From IMG/VR virus record IMGVR_UViG_3300014208_000038: a stretch of 64,000 nucleotides of DNA; one strand, 5' to 3'. Of this stretch, positions 45,232-55,502 are shown piece by piece. Under the pieces are notes generated by a model. The model was not told the origin of the DNA and did no database searches. It saw nothing but the letters and a program-made list of their open reading frames with translations. The translations under genes and the position numbers were made by a program. The stretch is from a virus (lineage: Duplodnaviria; Heunggongvirae; Uroviricota; Caudoviricetes). The first letter of the stretch is position 1. Every line of letters starts with the position of its first letter.

Positions 45232-45495
45232 ATGTTAAACCTATTAAAATTTCTTTTTGATAATATAAAAAGAAGTTATACTATTTATTTATCCAAATCC
45301 GATTCAGATTTACTCAAAAAGAAATGCAGAACAATGATGGTTACTGAAGAAGAATATATAGCAAATGTGGTAGCAATTAACGTTAGACCAAATGATGGAG
45401 GGTTCAGAATACTTACGCGAGGAGGATTACTAATTGATTCTAAGGGAAAGTCTATAAATGAATATATGGATGAACAATTAAGTAAATTACCCTAA
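45232..45495 (+). CDS. hypothetical protein
   Basis: ATG at 45232 directly after the nrdD stop; the track start 45202 overlaps nrdD. Confidence 0.35.
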   Translation: MLNLLKFLFDNIKRSYTIYLSKSDSDLLKKKCRTMMVTEEEYIANVVAINVRPNDGGFRILTRGGLLIDSKGKSINEYMDEQLSKLP

Positions 45496-45534
45496 CCAAC
45501 ATCTTTTTATAGATTGAAGATATAATAAGGATTT

Positions 45535-45939
45535 ATGTCAATAGGAAAGCCATTCGGAGGAATATTTGGAGACTCTAATTTAATTAGAGTAGTTCAGCAG
45601 ATCGTAGCTGACCCATTTACAGAATATTTGGCTATAGATTTAGAGATGTTAACTTCTAATTATGAAGATACTAGGAATTCTATAGCATATCTAGTTTCTA
45701 TAGGATTTTTAATAGAAAGAGAAGATAAAATTTGTTCTGTATATAAAGCAAATACGAATTCTAAAAAATACATTGCATTACAATTTTTAGCATATGCAGT
45801 CTTTGACGATAAAAATGAAACAGACACAATGAATGATATTGTTGAAGATTATTTTTTAGAATTACTGGCTAAAATGCCTTTAATGGGCGATTATAAAGAT
45901 GGGGTTATTAATAGATTCTGGAGGAAAGTCTATAGATGA
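45535..45939 (+). CDS. hypothetical protein
   Basis: 134-aa ORF. Confidence 0.4.
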   Translation: MSIGKPFGGIFGDSNLIRVVQQIVADPFTEYLAIDLEMLTSNYEDTRNSIAYLVSIGFLIEREDKICSVYKANTNSKKYIALQFLAYAVFDDKNETDTMNDIVEDYFLELLAKMPLMGDYKDGVINRFWRKVYR

Positions 45940-46066
45940 ATATATGGATGAACAATTATCTAATTGAGGAACCGCCATCTTTTTATACTTTTAGTCTCTA
46001 CTGTTTGTAATTAGGAGAGAATAAATTATTTTTTGATTAGAAAATTGTTACGTTAGGAAATCTTAA

Positions 46067-46282
46067 ATGTCTTGGAATGATCCAGAATTATGTAATCCAG
46101 TTGAGGATATGAAAGCTGCAATAGAAAAATTATCAAAACCAGATCCTCATTACTGGGAAAGACGGGCAAAAATAGAAGAACAAGTTGAAGAGGCCATCAA
46201 AAGATTAACTGAATTAAATTATAATCCAAAAGAAATTGAATTAATACTTATAAAACATGGAATCTGGCCGCAGGTGTTTTAA
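46067..46282 (+). CDS. hypothetical protein
   Basis: 71-aa ORF. Confidence 0.35.
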   Translation: MSWNDPELCNPVEDMKAAIEKLSKPDPHYWERRAKIEEQVEEAIKRLTELNYNPKEIELILIKHGIWPQVF

Positions 46283-46620
46283 TGTATTTTGAATTTAAAT
46301 GTAAAAAATGTGGAAAAGATACCAGATCAGAAGATATAGATTTATACCCGGAAGATGATAATCCAGATCAATATATTTGCTATGTAGCTGCCACAGAAAA
46401 ATTATGTGGATCTTGTGCTTATAATTTAGTAGATATGTCGATAATTAAATACATCTCTAATATATTAGAACATTTTTCTAAAGAAGAAGATAGAGAGATA
46501 ATTATTAATTTAATTGAAAAATTAAATGATAAAAATTCTTACGAAACAATTAGGCTAAGAGAACTCATAGATGAACATTTTAAAGGATCTGATGGTTTAA
46601 GAGCGTGGGGGTTGTGGTAG
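46282..46620 (+). CDS. zinc-ribbon hypothetical protein
   Basis: CKKCG...CGSC. Confidence 0.35.
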   Translation: MYFEFKCKKCGKDTRSEDIDLYPEDDNPDQYICYVAATEKLCGSCAYNLVDMSIIKYISNILEHFSKEEDREIIINLIEKLNDKNSYETIRLRELIDEHFKGSDGLRAWGLW

Positions 46621-46624
46621 TAAT

Positions 46625-46960
46625 ATGAGTTTAATATGTTTAACTTGTGGTTATACAATACCACATGCAGAAGATCTTTTTCAAATTGAAGAATGCTGGT
46701 GTGGAGGATATTTAATTACTAATTATTTGTGGGGGAAAATTATTTCTAAAGAAAAATCATTAAGAAATACTTTACATCTATTTAATTTAGATAATAAACT
46801 ATCTCAAGTGCCAGAACAACAAATGGTGAATTATGCTATTGTCGAACAACTGTTGAGAGAAGAAGCTTTCTTAAAAGGATATTTAGTTTGTGAAAAACAT
46901 ATTAGAGAAAATCCACAAACCTTTTTGATGAAAATAGTTGACTATGTTTTAACAGATTAA
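46625..46960 (+). CDS. hypothetical protein
   Basis: 111-aa ORF. Confidence 0.35.
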   Translation: MSLICLTCGYTIPHAEDLFQIEECWCGGYLITNYLWGKIISKEKSLRNTLHLFNLDNKLSQVPEQQMVNYAIVEQLLREEAFLKGYLVCEKHIRENPQTFLMKIVDYVLTD

Positions 46961-46973
46961 AGGTGATTAAATA

Positions 46974-47429
46974 TTGTACCTATATAAATTTGGATATGGT
47001 TCATATGAAGATAGTGATTTTACGGAAATTTTTCATATTAAACAATTTTCTGAACAAGAATTTTTTAATATAATTAAAAATGCTATCATAAGAGTATTAC
47101 AAGGAGTTATTGATAAAAAATATAATCCTTATATTCATGAGAATGGACTTTCTTATGAAAGTATTCATGAATTTATGTTAGAAGAACTCAAATCAGACGG
47201 TTTTAAAAAGATTCAATATCAAACAGAATGGTCTTGTTTTGGATGGCCTTCTATGGTAGACAAATCATCCTGGTCTGGTCAACGTGGACCTGAATTAGAT
47301 AGATTATTTTGGAAAATTCCAGAAGATATACGGAGAGAAATTGTTAAGTTAGGAAAAGAAGATTATAGAGAGGACATGAAAAGGTTTGATGTTAGATATA
47401 GAGAGGTATTGACCAAAACCTTTTTATAA
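46974..47429 (+). CDS. hypothetical protein
   Basis: 151-aa ORF. Confidence 0.4.
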   Translation: MYLYKFGYGSYEDSDFTEIFHIKQFSEQEFFNIIKNAIIRVLQGVIDKKYNPYIHENGLSYESIHEFMLEELKSDGFKKIQYQTEWSCFGWPSMVDKSSWSGQRGPELDRLFWKIPEDIRREIVKLGKEDYREDMKRFDVRYREVLTKTFL

Positions 47430-47551
47430 CTTGTAGATATTAGTATGCTAATGGAGTTGGTTTAATTTCGCACCATAATGAAGTTCCCCAGGAGATTGCT
47501 GATCTCGCAGAACGACTTTGTAATAAGAAGTCTGGATTTAAAAGATATCCA

Positions 47552-47824
47552 ATGGCTGCAATAATTTATAAAGGTAGAAAACCAATTATTATTTCTACAG
47601 GGGTAAATTATCATCTTCATTGTGGAACGAATATTAAAAGAAAAAATTATAGTATTCATGCAGAAAGGGATGCTATAATGGGTTGCAGTAAACAAGATTT
47701 ATATGGTGCTCACATTTACGTACATCGTAAGGGTTATAAGCTGGCTCGTCCATGTATTAAGTGTATGAACTTGATTATGAGTACAGGAATAAATCACATA
47801 CATTGGTCTAATGGAGGGATTTAA
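47552..47824 (+). CDS. dCMP/cytidine-deaminase-family zinc enzyme (possibly N-terminally longer, frame open from 47444)
   Basis: HAERDAI (H-A-E) ... PCIKC (P-C-x-x-C) zinc-binding signature; upstream in-frame region has no ATG. Confidence 0.55.
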   Translation: MAAIIYKGRKPIIISTGVNYHLHCGTNIKRKNYSIHAERDAIMGCSKQDLYGAHIYVHRKGYKLARPCIKCMNLIMSTGINHIHWSNGGI

Positions 47825-47827
47825 AAG

Positions 47828-48031
47828 ATGACAATGAATTTTAATGATTTTTATTTAAATGAGGGATTTTATTTTACAAAGAACTATCTAGTAACAAAGA
47901 AATTAGTTGTCTATAACAAGAATAAACCAAAAATTATAGAAGTAACTGTTGGAGAAGAAATTTTAAATAAAGTAAAAGTAACTACTAGGCGTGGAAAAGA
48001 AATGTGGGTGAATAAAAAGGAGTTGTTTTAA
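47828..48031 (+). CDS. hypothetical protein
   Basis: 67-aa ORF. Confidence 0.35.
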   Translation: MTMNFNDFYLNEGFYFTKNYLVTKKLVVYNKNKPKIIEVTVGEEILNKVKVTTRRGKEMWVNKKELF

Positions 48032-48033
48032 CT

Positions 48034-48252
48034 ATGGAACTTAAAAAAGAATACTACATTTTAGAAGTTTTAAAATCATTAGCAGAAATGCCAGTAGATG
48101 TTTGTCCAGATTATGATAAAAATAAGAGATTAATAGATATATCTAGATATGTTTTAAAAGAAAGTAATATAGAGTTTATAATGCCAGAAGGGGAAAATTT
48201 TGTAAAGCCAGAAGAATTTTTAAAAAAAATTCAAGATATTGAGGAAATTTAA
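48034..48252 (+). CDS. hypothetical protein
   Basis: 72-aa ORF. Confidence 0.35.
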   Translation: MELKKEYYILEVLKSLAEMPVDVCPDYDKNKRLIDISRYVLKESNIEFIMPEGENFVKPEEFLKKIQDIEEI

Positions 48253-48276
48253 AAATATAGGAGTTGTTTTAAAAAT

Positions 48277-48576
48277 ATGGACCCTAGATTTCAAATTTTA
48301 GGAGAAATTGGTAATAAAAATGAAAGGATTTATAACGAAAAACAAATAGAAGAAAAGCTTAGGAAAATGCAACACGATAAGAACTTCTATATAATGGATT
48401 GTAGTAAAGCAAATATAGAAGCCACAAAAGGACATTTAAAAGTATATGATTCTATAAGAGAAGAAATAACTTATAATCTAATCTATAAAAATATAAAAGG
48501 ATTTTTTATAAAAAAACATAGTAAAAAAATATATTTAGAAGATATGCAAAAAATAAAATTGATTCCAATGGATTGA
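48277..48576 (+). CDS. hypothetical protein
   Basis: 99-aa ORF. Confidence 0.35.
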   Translation: MDPRFQILGEIGNKNERIYNEKQIEEKLRKMQHDKNFYIMDCSKANIEATKGHLKVYDSIREEITYNLIYKNIKGFFIKKHSKKIYLEDMQKIKLIPMD

Positions 48577-48579
48577 ATT

Positions 48580-50241
48580 ATGTTTAAACTTAAATTTGGA
48601 AAACCAAAGGGAACAAAAGAGGCTATCTTAGCTCTACTTGGAGGAGACACTTCTCTTATAAAAGATAGTCTTTATACCCTTGGTTTTAAATTTAATCCAC
48701 TTAATAATTATTGGGTCACTTCTAAATTTAATTCTCATACAATTGACTATCTAAAAGAAATTGATCCAGATATAGAAATATCTGATTTTGTAAGAGAAAA
48801 GTATCAACATTGTTTACTAAAACCAGAACCTATTTTTAAGAATACACTTAGGCAAGAGATGATGCTTCCTCATCAATGGGAAGCCCTTAATTTTTTACAA
48901 AAAGCTGGATCAGGAATATTAGCCTATCAAATAGGTACAGGAAAAACTTTAGGATCTTTATCTTATGCGGAATATATGGGAATAAATACACTTATAGTTT
49001 GCCCTGCAAAGCTCAGAAAACAATGGGAAGAAGAAATTAAAAAATTTACTAATTCAGTTGGGTTCAAAATAGCAGGAACTCAATCTGAAAGAAAAGAATT
49101 ATGGCAATATTCAAAAGATTATCATTATGCAATTATTTCTTATGAATCTTTCCTTAATGAAAAAGATATAGAATACATTAAAAATTATTCAAATAATGGA
49201 ATGATTATTTTTGATGAAATAACAAAATTAAAAAACTCCAAATCAAAAACATTTAAGGCGGCATTTGAAGTCAGACAACAAGCAAGATTTGCTGTTGGTC
49301 TAACAGGAACTCCTTATGAAAATAATTTAGGAGATATTTATGCATTACTTAGATTAATAACTCCTTATTATATTCCTAAATATGAAATATTTGCTCAAAA
49401 TTTTCTTAAGCAAAGTGAACATGAAGTTTTTAATCCAAACACTGGTCATAAAATTAGATATAATAGGATTGATGGGGAAAAGAATATAGAACAATTTAAG
49501 AAAATACTAAAACCAGTTATGATTCGTAAAACTAGGGAAGAAGTATTAGACTTACCCTCTGAATCTACTATTACTTATGATATTGAACTTACTAAAGAGC
49601 AAAGAGAAATAGAGGATATTCTTAAATCTCTAGCAAAGATGTATTCAGAATACATTTTAAAATGGTTTATCTTTGCTATGGAGAATCTGATTAGTCCTTC
49701 CTTAGTAAATGTAAGTTCTATTGGTGAAGTGGCTCCATTCGAAGCTTATGAGGTTCAGAGTCGATCTGAAGGCTCTCCCATGACACCAAGATTAGAAACT
49801 ATATCTGAAATATTAGAAGAAATTGATGGACAAAAAGTTATAATATTTTCTAAATACGTCCGAGCATTAGATTTAATTCAGAAGGAGATCCTTTATAAAC
49901 ATGGGTACGATTATAAAGAAGTAAGTGGAAGAGTTAAACATCCAGAGGAAGAATTACTTTCATTTAAAACTAATGCTAACACAAATGTTTTGTGTATGAC
50001 CCAGGCAGGTCAATATGGACTCAATATAACAGAGGCTCCTCTACTGATAATAGTAGATAAACCCCTTAATCCGGCGAAATTAGATCAACTTAAGGGTCGA
50101 ATTTATAGAAAGGGTCAAAAAGTACCAGTAACCTATTTTGAGCTAATAAGCAACAGCCCAACAGAACAACGAATCGAAAGTATTATAAGTAAGAAGCAAG
50201 TTATATCTCAGAAGGTGTTAGCCAGAGAGGTTTTATTATGA
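48580..50241 (+). CDS. SNF2/Rad54-family (superfamily 2) helicase
   Basis: motif I LAYQIGTGKTL, motif II IFDEITKLK, motif III GLTGTP, C-terminal helicase motifs QAGQYGLNIT...LKGRIYRKGQ. Confidence 0.75.
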   Translation: MFKLKFGKPKGTKEAILALLGGDTSLIKDSLYTLGFKFNPLNNYWVTSKFNSHTIDYLKEIDPDIEISDFVREKYQHCLLKPEPIFKNTLRQEMMLPHQWEALNFLQKAGSGILAYQIGTGKTLGSLSYAEYMGINTLIVCPAKLRKQWEEEIKKFTNSVGFKIAGTQSERKELWQYSKDYHYAIISYESFLNEKDIEYIKNYSNNGMIIFDEITKLKNSKSKTFKAAFEVRQQARFAVGLTGTPYENNLGDIYALLRLITPYYIPKYEIFAQNFLKQSEHEVFNPNTGHKIRYNRIDGEKNIEQFKKILKPVMIRKTREEVLDLPSESTITYDIELTKEQREIEDILKSLAKMYSEYILKWFIFAMENLISPSLVNVSSIGEVAPFEAYEVQSRSEGSPMTPRLETISEILEEIDGQKVIIFSKYVRALDLIQKEILYKHGYDYKEVSGRVKHPEEELLSFKTNANTNVLCMTQAGQYGLNITEAPLLIIVDKPLNPAKLDQLKGRIYRKGQKVPVTYFELISNSPTEQRIESIISKKQVISQKVLAREVLL

Positions 50242-50465
50242 GCGGTGGTGGGCAAGTTTGTGTGTTGGAGCAAAATAAGAGAAATAGAGAACAAATTAAT
50301 AAAAGAAATAAAATATATTATGAAAAGCACAGAGAGGAAATTACAAGAAAAGAAAATGATCGTCAAAAACGTAGAACATTAATTGTTAAACAAGTTCGAG
50401 AAAAATTAGATACCTTAGAGCATTGTGATATGGCAGAAATATTGTTTGCAGGGATAAAAAGATGA
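50238..50465 (+). CDS. Lys/Arg-rich hypothetical protein
   Basis: ATGA overlap with the helicase stop. Confidence 0.35.
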   Translation: MSGGGQVCVLEQNKRNREQINKRNKIYYEKHREEITRKENDRQKRRTLIVKQVREKLDTLEHCDMAEILFAGIKR

Positions 50466-50486
50466 AGGAAATTTTAGAACAAAAAG

Positions 50487-51026
50487 ATGTGTGAGGTGTT
50501 TAAAAGAATGAGTTCTGACCTACATATTCATATTATAGAAAACCAAAATGAAGAAATGAATGTAAAAAATTATCTTAAATCTACTTATTGGTCTAGCAGA
50601 AATCCAATTAAAGAAATTAATTCTTCTGAATTAGATTTAGAAAATTGGAGTCGGGGTTATACTGAAATCTTTTATAAAGAGAAATGGTATGAAATATTAA
50701 ATTTAATATGTTTTTTATCAGAAGAGGAATTTCAAAAGGCAGATATTAGTATAAAAAGAGATATTTATGTTTGGTGTGATACTAATAAAGTTTTAAAAAC
50801 ACCTAATATATTTATTTGTGAGTCTAATCACGTAGAAGATTCAGAAGAAACAGATACTGTTAAAAATTTAGAAAATTTAATTTACAATGATAGATTGGAA
50901 GTTATAACTGAAGATTTAATAGCTAAGATTTTAAAATTATGTAGCAATAACAGAAGGCATAAAAAGCAAGTACGGGCTTTCTTAGAAAAATATTTTGATA
51001 AAAAATGTTTTACAGTGATGTGGTAA
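50487..51026 (+). CDS. hypothetical protein
   Basis: 179-aa ORF. Confidence 0.4.
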   Translation: MCEVFKRMSSDLHIHIIENQNEEMNVKNYLKSTYWSSRNPIKEINSSELDLENWSRGYTEIFYKEKWYEILNLICFLSEEEFQKADISIKRDIYVWCDTNKVLKTPNIFICESNHVEDSEETDTVKNLENLIYNDRLEVITEDLIAKILKLCSNNRRHKKQVRAFLEKYFDKKCFTVMW

Positions 51027-51175
51027 TATGTCTGAAGAAATTGAGCGCCGATTAGATTTAACAAGAAAAGACAAAACGCAGGTTACAGAAATCTTAAATA
51101 CTAGTGGGGATAGTATTGTAGAGGTTAAAATAACTTTTAAATCTGGAAATATATTTTATTTGAGGTGATCTTGGA

Positions 51176-51442
51176 ATGTTTGATTTAGAAGCGGCAGAAA
51201 AAAATTGGAGATTTTTTGAAATAAATAGTCAAATTTTGCCAAGTAATAGTGCAGCTTATTCCCATACTTATGATTTATTTTATGATATCGGAGTTAGGGC
51301 CGGACTTAATGAAATAAGAAAACTTCGAGAATTATTGAAAGAAGAATTTTTTAATAGGGAATGGGAATCTGGAAAATACAGGGATAAAGAAACGGCTATG
51401 GAAGTTGCAGAATTAAAACTAAAATCAAGAGGAATAATATGA
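51176..51442 (+). CDS. hypothetical protein
   Basis: 88-aa ORF. Confidence 0.35.
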   Translation: MFDLEAAEKNWRFFEINSQILPSNSAAYSHTYDLFYDIGVRAGLNEIRKLRELLKEEFFNREWESGKYRDKETAMEVAELKLKSRGII

Positions 51443-51825
51443 AAACATCTTATTTTGCACGTTTTGATAAACTAGTTAGAAGAGGAGAAAATGGAATAGT
51501 AGCAGGGCAAGGAATTTCTATTGCCAGATCTATGCCAAGGAATACAACTTGCACTAAAGAATATATTGCATTAGCTCCATCTCAAAAATTGCTTAATGAT
51601 TATAAACAAGGAAAAGTTAGTTGGGGAGAATATATAAAAGAATATGAAATAATATTTGCTATAAGTAATCCGAAAGAATGGTATAATTATCTCTGTAATT
51701 TAACAGAGGATTATGGTGAACCAATTCTTCTTTGTTGGGAGAATACAAAGTTTAACCTTTGTCATAGAATTTTAGTAGCAAATTGGTTTGAAAAAGCATT
51801 AGGAATTATCATTAACGAGGTGTAA
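51439..51825 (+). CDS. DUF488-family protein
   Basis: ILLCWENTKFNLCHRILVANWF parallels the DUF488 signature (LLC.E.dP..CHR.LlAeWL). Confidence 0.5.
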   Translation: MKTSYFARFDKLVRRGENGIVAGQGISIARSMPRNTTCTKEYIALAPSQKLLNDYKQGKVSWGEYIKEYEIIFAISNPKEWYNYLCNLTEDYGEPILLCWENTKFNLCHRILVANWFEKALGIIINEV

Positions 51826-51827
51826 TT

Positions 51828-52013
51828 ATGATGAGCGATGCAGATGCTACAATTAGACATTCTATTTTATATGGTATAACTAAAAATTGTCACTTAACTG
51901 GTTTAATTGTTTCTGATCCAAATAAATTAGTAGAGGATATTAAAAATTCTATATTTTCTAATACAATAAGATGGGCTGTTGAAGAATATCTTAAAGAAAT
52001 TAATGAGGTATAA
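51828..52013 (+). CDS. hypothetical protein
   Basis: 61-aa ORF. Confidence 0.3.
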   Translation: MMSDADATIRHSILYGITKNCHLTGLIVSDPNKLVEDIKNSIFSNTIRWAVEEYLKEINEV

Positions 52014-52016
52014 AAT

Positions 52017-52427
52017 ATGGATGCGGTACAATTTAAAATAGAGAATATTAAAGAACAAATTGAACAAAAAGAACAAGAAAAAAAAACAACTATTAACCGA
52101 TATGATAATGAAATTGAGTGTTTATTAGCCGAAATGAAAGAATTAGAAATAGAAAATTTAAAATCCAATAGTTTAGAATTTATGTATGCTAAATGTGGTC
52201 ATTTTTTTTCCCCAAATAAAGCTCTTAGACTTGCTGAAATTGATGGCAAAGAAGTTATAGGGGCCTTTGGAAAGAGAGAACATCATTCTATTATTAAAAA
52301 CATAAGTGGAATTAATTTAGCTGTATTTAAGTTAGATCAAGAAAAATTAGATAAAATTGGACATATTATTTCTAAGTCAAATGCTCAACTCAAAATTTGG
52401 AAGGATGGGAGAATTGAGGTAGTTTGA
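52017..52427 (+). CDS. hypothetical coiled-coil protein
   Basis: 136-aa ORF. Confidence 0.35.
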   Translation: MDAVQFKIENIKEQIEQKEQEKKTTINRYDNEIECLLAEMKELEIENLKSNSLEFMYAKCGHFFSPNKALRLAEIDGKEVIGAFGKREHHSIIKNISGINLAVFKLDQEKLDKIGHIISKSNAQLKIWKDGRIEVV

Positions 52428-53009
52428 ATGAATTCTAAAAATGATAGAGCTAAAAAGTTAATGGGTTTAAGACCAATAGGAGAAGTATTAAACCCAAATT
52501 TTAGCTTTATTTGTCCTGTTTGTCAAAATGCTTTGCAATTATCCGAATATAATAATTTTTTATGGTGTAAATATTGTAATATAGATATGCCTATCTATTT
52601 AGGATGGAAAGTTCTTTTAATAGATGATGTAAAAGCAATTACAAAAGATTTTTTAAATTTAATAGAAAACATAAAAAAAAATCCTTCTATTGCTAATTAT
52701 ATGGAAAATATAAGGTCAAAAACTTCTCTTGCTTATTGTATAATAAGTATTTTAGAAAAAGAAGGAGAAATAGAATTTAGAAAATTTAGATTTCTTTTAT
52801 TTGAATTATATTCAAATTTAAAAACAAAAAATATAGATATTAAGCTGCCTCATTATTGGTATGTAGACGGACCTCATATATATCTTAGAGGATTACCAGC
52901 AGTATTTAAACTAAGAATTAAAAAGAGTTTGGAAGATCCGAAGATATATAAAGTTACAATTTTATTAGATAAAAATATAAGCCCAAAATGTATAGAGGAA
53001 AACTTTTAA
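52428..53009 (+). CDS. zinc-finger hypothetical protein
   Basis: CPVCQN...CKYCN. Confidence 0.4.
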   Translation: MNSKNDRAKKLMGLRPIGEVLNPNFSFICPVCQNALQLSEYNNFLWCKYCNIDMPIYLGWKVLLIDDVKAITKDFLNLIENIKKNPSIANYMENIRSKTSLAYCIISILEKEGEIEFRKFRFLLFELYSNLKTKNIDIKLPHYWYVDGPHIYLRGLPAVFKLRIKKSLEDPKIYKVTILLDKNISPKCIEENF

Positions 53010-53035
53010 ATACAATTAAGGAGAATAGTAAGATT

Positions 53036-53782
53036 ATGTCGCAAAATAGATATCCATCCTTGGGAGACAGGATGAAAGAATATGAGGCAATTTCTCAAAA
53101 TAAATTGACTAGAAGGATGCCGGTTATTATTAGATTAGATGGCAAAGGATTTCATAATTATACAAGAAAAATGAAAAAACCTTATGATTCAGATCTTCAG
53201 TTAAATATGTGGAGATCTACAATAAGATTGTGTCAAGAGGTCCAAAATACAGTACTTGCATATTGTCAAAGTGATGAGGTTAGTCTTCTTATTGTAGACT
53301 ATAACACATTGAACACTCAACCTTGGTTTGCTAATGAAGTACAAAAATTATGTTCTCTAGCGGCATCTAGTATGACTCAATATTTTAATGATCCCCAAAC
53401 TAGAGGTGAATTACCTTATGGAGCGCGGTTTGATGCTAGATGTTTTAATCTTCCAAGGGAAGAGGTTACAAACTATTTTATTTGGAGAGAATTAGATTGG
53501 ATAAGAAATAGTATTCAAATGTTAGCACAATATTATTTTAACCCAAAAGAGTTATATAAGAAAAATACTAACCAAATGAAAGAAATGATTTTAAAAGAAA
53601 CTGGAATAAATTGGGATACTAATTTACAACCCTTCCAACGTAGAGGAACTACTTGTATAAAGAAAAATGAGAAATGGATTGTTGATTGTAATCTTCCAAT
53701 GTTTAACGAGAATAGAAATTATATAGAAAATTTATTATATAATGATAAAAATATTTTAGATAGTCCCAAAACCTTTTTATAG
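53036..53782 (+). CDS. Thg1-like protein (tRNA-His guanylyltransferase / 3'-5' nucleotidyltransferase family)
   Basis: N-terminal ...PVIIRLDGKGFHNYT... and ...AYCQSDEVSLLI... match the Thg1/TLP palm motifs; SD aaggagaatagtaagattATG; the track start 52988 is an over-extension. Confidence 0.6.
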   Translation: MSQNRYPSLGDRMKEYEAISQNKLTRRMPVIIRLDGKGFHNYTRKMKKPYDSDLQLNMWRSTIRLCQEVQNTVLAYCQSDEVSLLIVDYNTLNTQPWFANEVQKLCSLAASSMTQYFNDPQTRGELPYGARFDARCFNLPREEVTNYFIWRELDWIRNSIQMLAQYYFNPKELYKKNTNQMKEMILKETGINWDTNLQPFQRRGTTCIKKNEKWIVDCNLPMFNENRNYIENLLYNDKNILDSPKTFL

Positions 53783-53825
53783 GTGAACCAACCACAGTAG
53801 AGATACAATAAAAAGAGGAGAAATT

Positions 53826-55067
53826 ATGTCACAACAAGTTGAGATACCAAAAGAAATTACGCCATCGGTTTTAAATGAACAGGCAAAGGTTCAAAATATT
53901 GAACTAGAAGTTTTTGAGGAAATGTATAAGGCTCAATTAATTAAGCTTACAGATCAAGGAGTAACAGAATATGACCTACAAGGGCAAATGATTAATAAAG
54001 AGCAGCTTGCTTTCTTTAGCACAATAAGTGCTCTTAAGACAAAAGCTCGATCTAGGCAGAATGTAGAGGGGGCCACTGTGATTATTGTTGGCCTTGGAAA
54101 CAGCGGAAAAACAAAGGAGAAGGAACAGCCTTATAGAGCAGTTTATGTAATTGCTGATATGACTATTAAGCCAGAACTATTTTTGGGGCTTAAGAATGAT
54201 GGTCACTATGTAGGATTTAACGCTACCATCTGGAGCAGCAAAAAAGTAACTCCTGGTGAAGTTTGGACTGCAAAAATCAGTAGATCTGGTGCTAGATTTT
54301 CCCTAGATCTAAAAGAAAAAGCAACAATGCCTGATGAATTTGAATTAGTAACAGTAATGGATCAAGTGCTTCCACTTAAGGCATTCCGAGTTCTAACCTG
54401 GGGAAGCAATAAGATTGAAAGAAAAGATAATAGTGGATCTTTTGATTCCGCGTTTATGAATGTTCTTGTTCAGTCACAGGATGGGAAAAAGGAAGTTGTT
54501 TTCATATCAACAACTCTGGATGGTTGGACAAAGACTGCACCAGATACTGGTAAAGTTTATTACGGGGATATTGTCTCCAAAGGAGAATATCATAATTTAT
54601 ATAGTAATCCAATCGAAGCTGTAGGAAAAATAATTACACTAGATAATATTGATAGTGTGGAGAACTACCAAGATTTCTCCAACTTAGATACTCTAGTAGA
54701 GGAACCAAGACCAGAAGAGAAATATCCTGGAACTACGAAGATTGTAGTCCTACAAGGGTTTGGCAGTAGCGAAGTTACTACAGTTGATACAGAGAATGGG
54801 GGAATTGCTGCCTTTGCAGAGATTTCTGATATAATGAATAATGCAATTCCTATTGCAGCATTTACAGATATCTTTGATTCTGTAGTAGATTCTGAAGGTC
54901 AACTGCCACCACTTATTAAGGTTCTAGCTAAGTTGGGTTGGAGGCTTAATAAGAATACTCAGGAATATGAATTAGGAGCTAATGTACTCTCAATTGAACC
55001 AGTTGGTTCTTTTGGAAAAACTGGGGAAAATAAGCCAGTAGTAGACGACATTGAAGAAGGTTGGTAA
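53826..55067 (+). CDS. hypothetical protein with P-loop-like GLGNSGKT motif; less AT-biased than neighbours
   Basis: 413 aa; SD agaggagaaattATG; function unknown. Confidence 0.45.
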   Translation: MSQQVEIPKEITPSVLNEQAKVQNIELEVFEEMYKAQLIKLTDQGVTEYDLQGQMINKEQLAFFSTISALKTKARSRQNVEGATVIIVGLGNSGKTKEKEQPYRAVYVIADMTIKPELFLGLKNDGHYVGFNATIWSSKKVTPGEVWTAKISRSGARFSLDLKEKATMPDEFELVTVMDQVLPLKAFRVLTWGSNKIERKDNSGSFDSAFMNVLVQSQDGKKEVVFISTTLDGWTKTAPDTGKVYYGDIVSKGEYHNLYSNPIEAVGKIITLDNIDSVENYQDFSNLDTLVEEPRPEEKYPGTTKIVVLQGFGSSEVTTVDTENGGIAAFAEISDIMNNAIPIAAFTDIFDSVVDSEGQLPPLIKVLAKLGWRLNKNTQEYELGANVLSIEPVGSFGKTGENKPVVDDIEEGW

Positions 55068-55157
55068 AACCTTCTTTTAATAAAATTTTTAGGAGGGACT
55101 TATGAAATTGGAGTTAAAGACGGAAAAGAATCTTGTAGTAAAAAGAGTGATTTTTAA

Positions 55158-55496
55158 ATGAAAAAACTAGATATATTCGTTCTTTCTATATTTTTTTTAT
55201 TTGCATTTATCTTAGGATATTCTTTAAATCACATAAATCTTAATATTCAAGAAGAAGATATAATATTTATTTATAATGATTTGAACAAAAGTTTTACTTT
55301 GTATCCTTTAGATAGCAATAATGAGAGTTATCAGCTTCCAATTAATACAACAATTAATATATCGATAATTAGAGATAAAAGATATGATAATGAATCTTTT
55401 GTAAAATTAATTATACCAGAAGGATTGCCTTATAAATACTTACGGGGGTTTGTTTCTTCAAGGCTGAATAAAACTCTTGTATTAAGCTGGAGGTAA
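55158..55496 (+). CDS. secreted/membrane-anchored hypothetical protein
   Basis: N-terminal TM/signal; several N-x-S/T sequons. Confidence 0.4.
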   Translation: MKKLDIFVLSIFFLFAFILGYSLNHINLNIQEEDIIFIYNDLNKSFTLYPLDSNNESYQLPINTTINISIIRDKRYDNESFVKLIIPEGLPYKYLRGFVSSRLNKTLVLSWR

Positions 55497-55502
55497 AAAA
55501 AT

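Noticed and set aside
53826-55067. Calling the 413-aa protein a capsid protein or an ATPase
   Set aside because: The only cue is a GLGNSGKT P-loop-like motif without a clear Walker B, and there are no capsid signatures; left as hypothetical.
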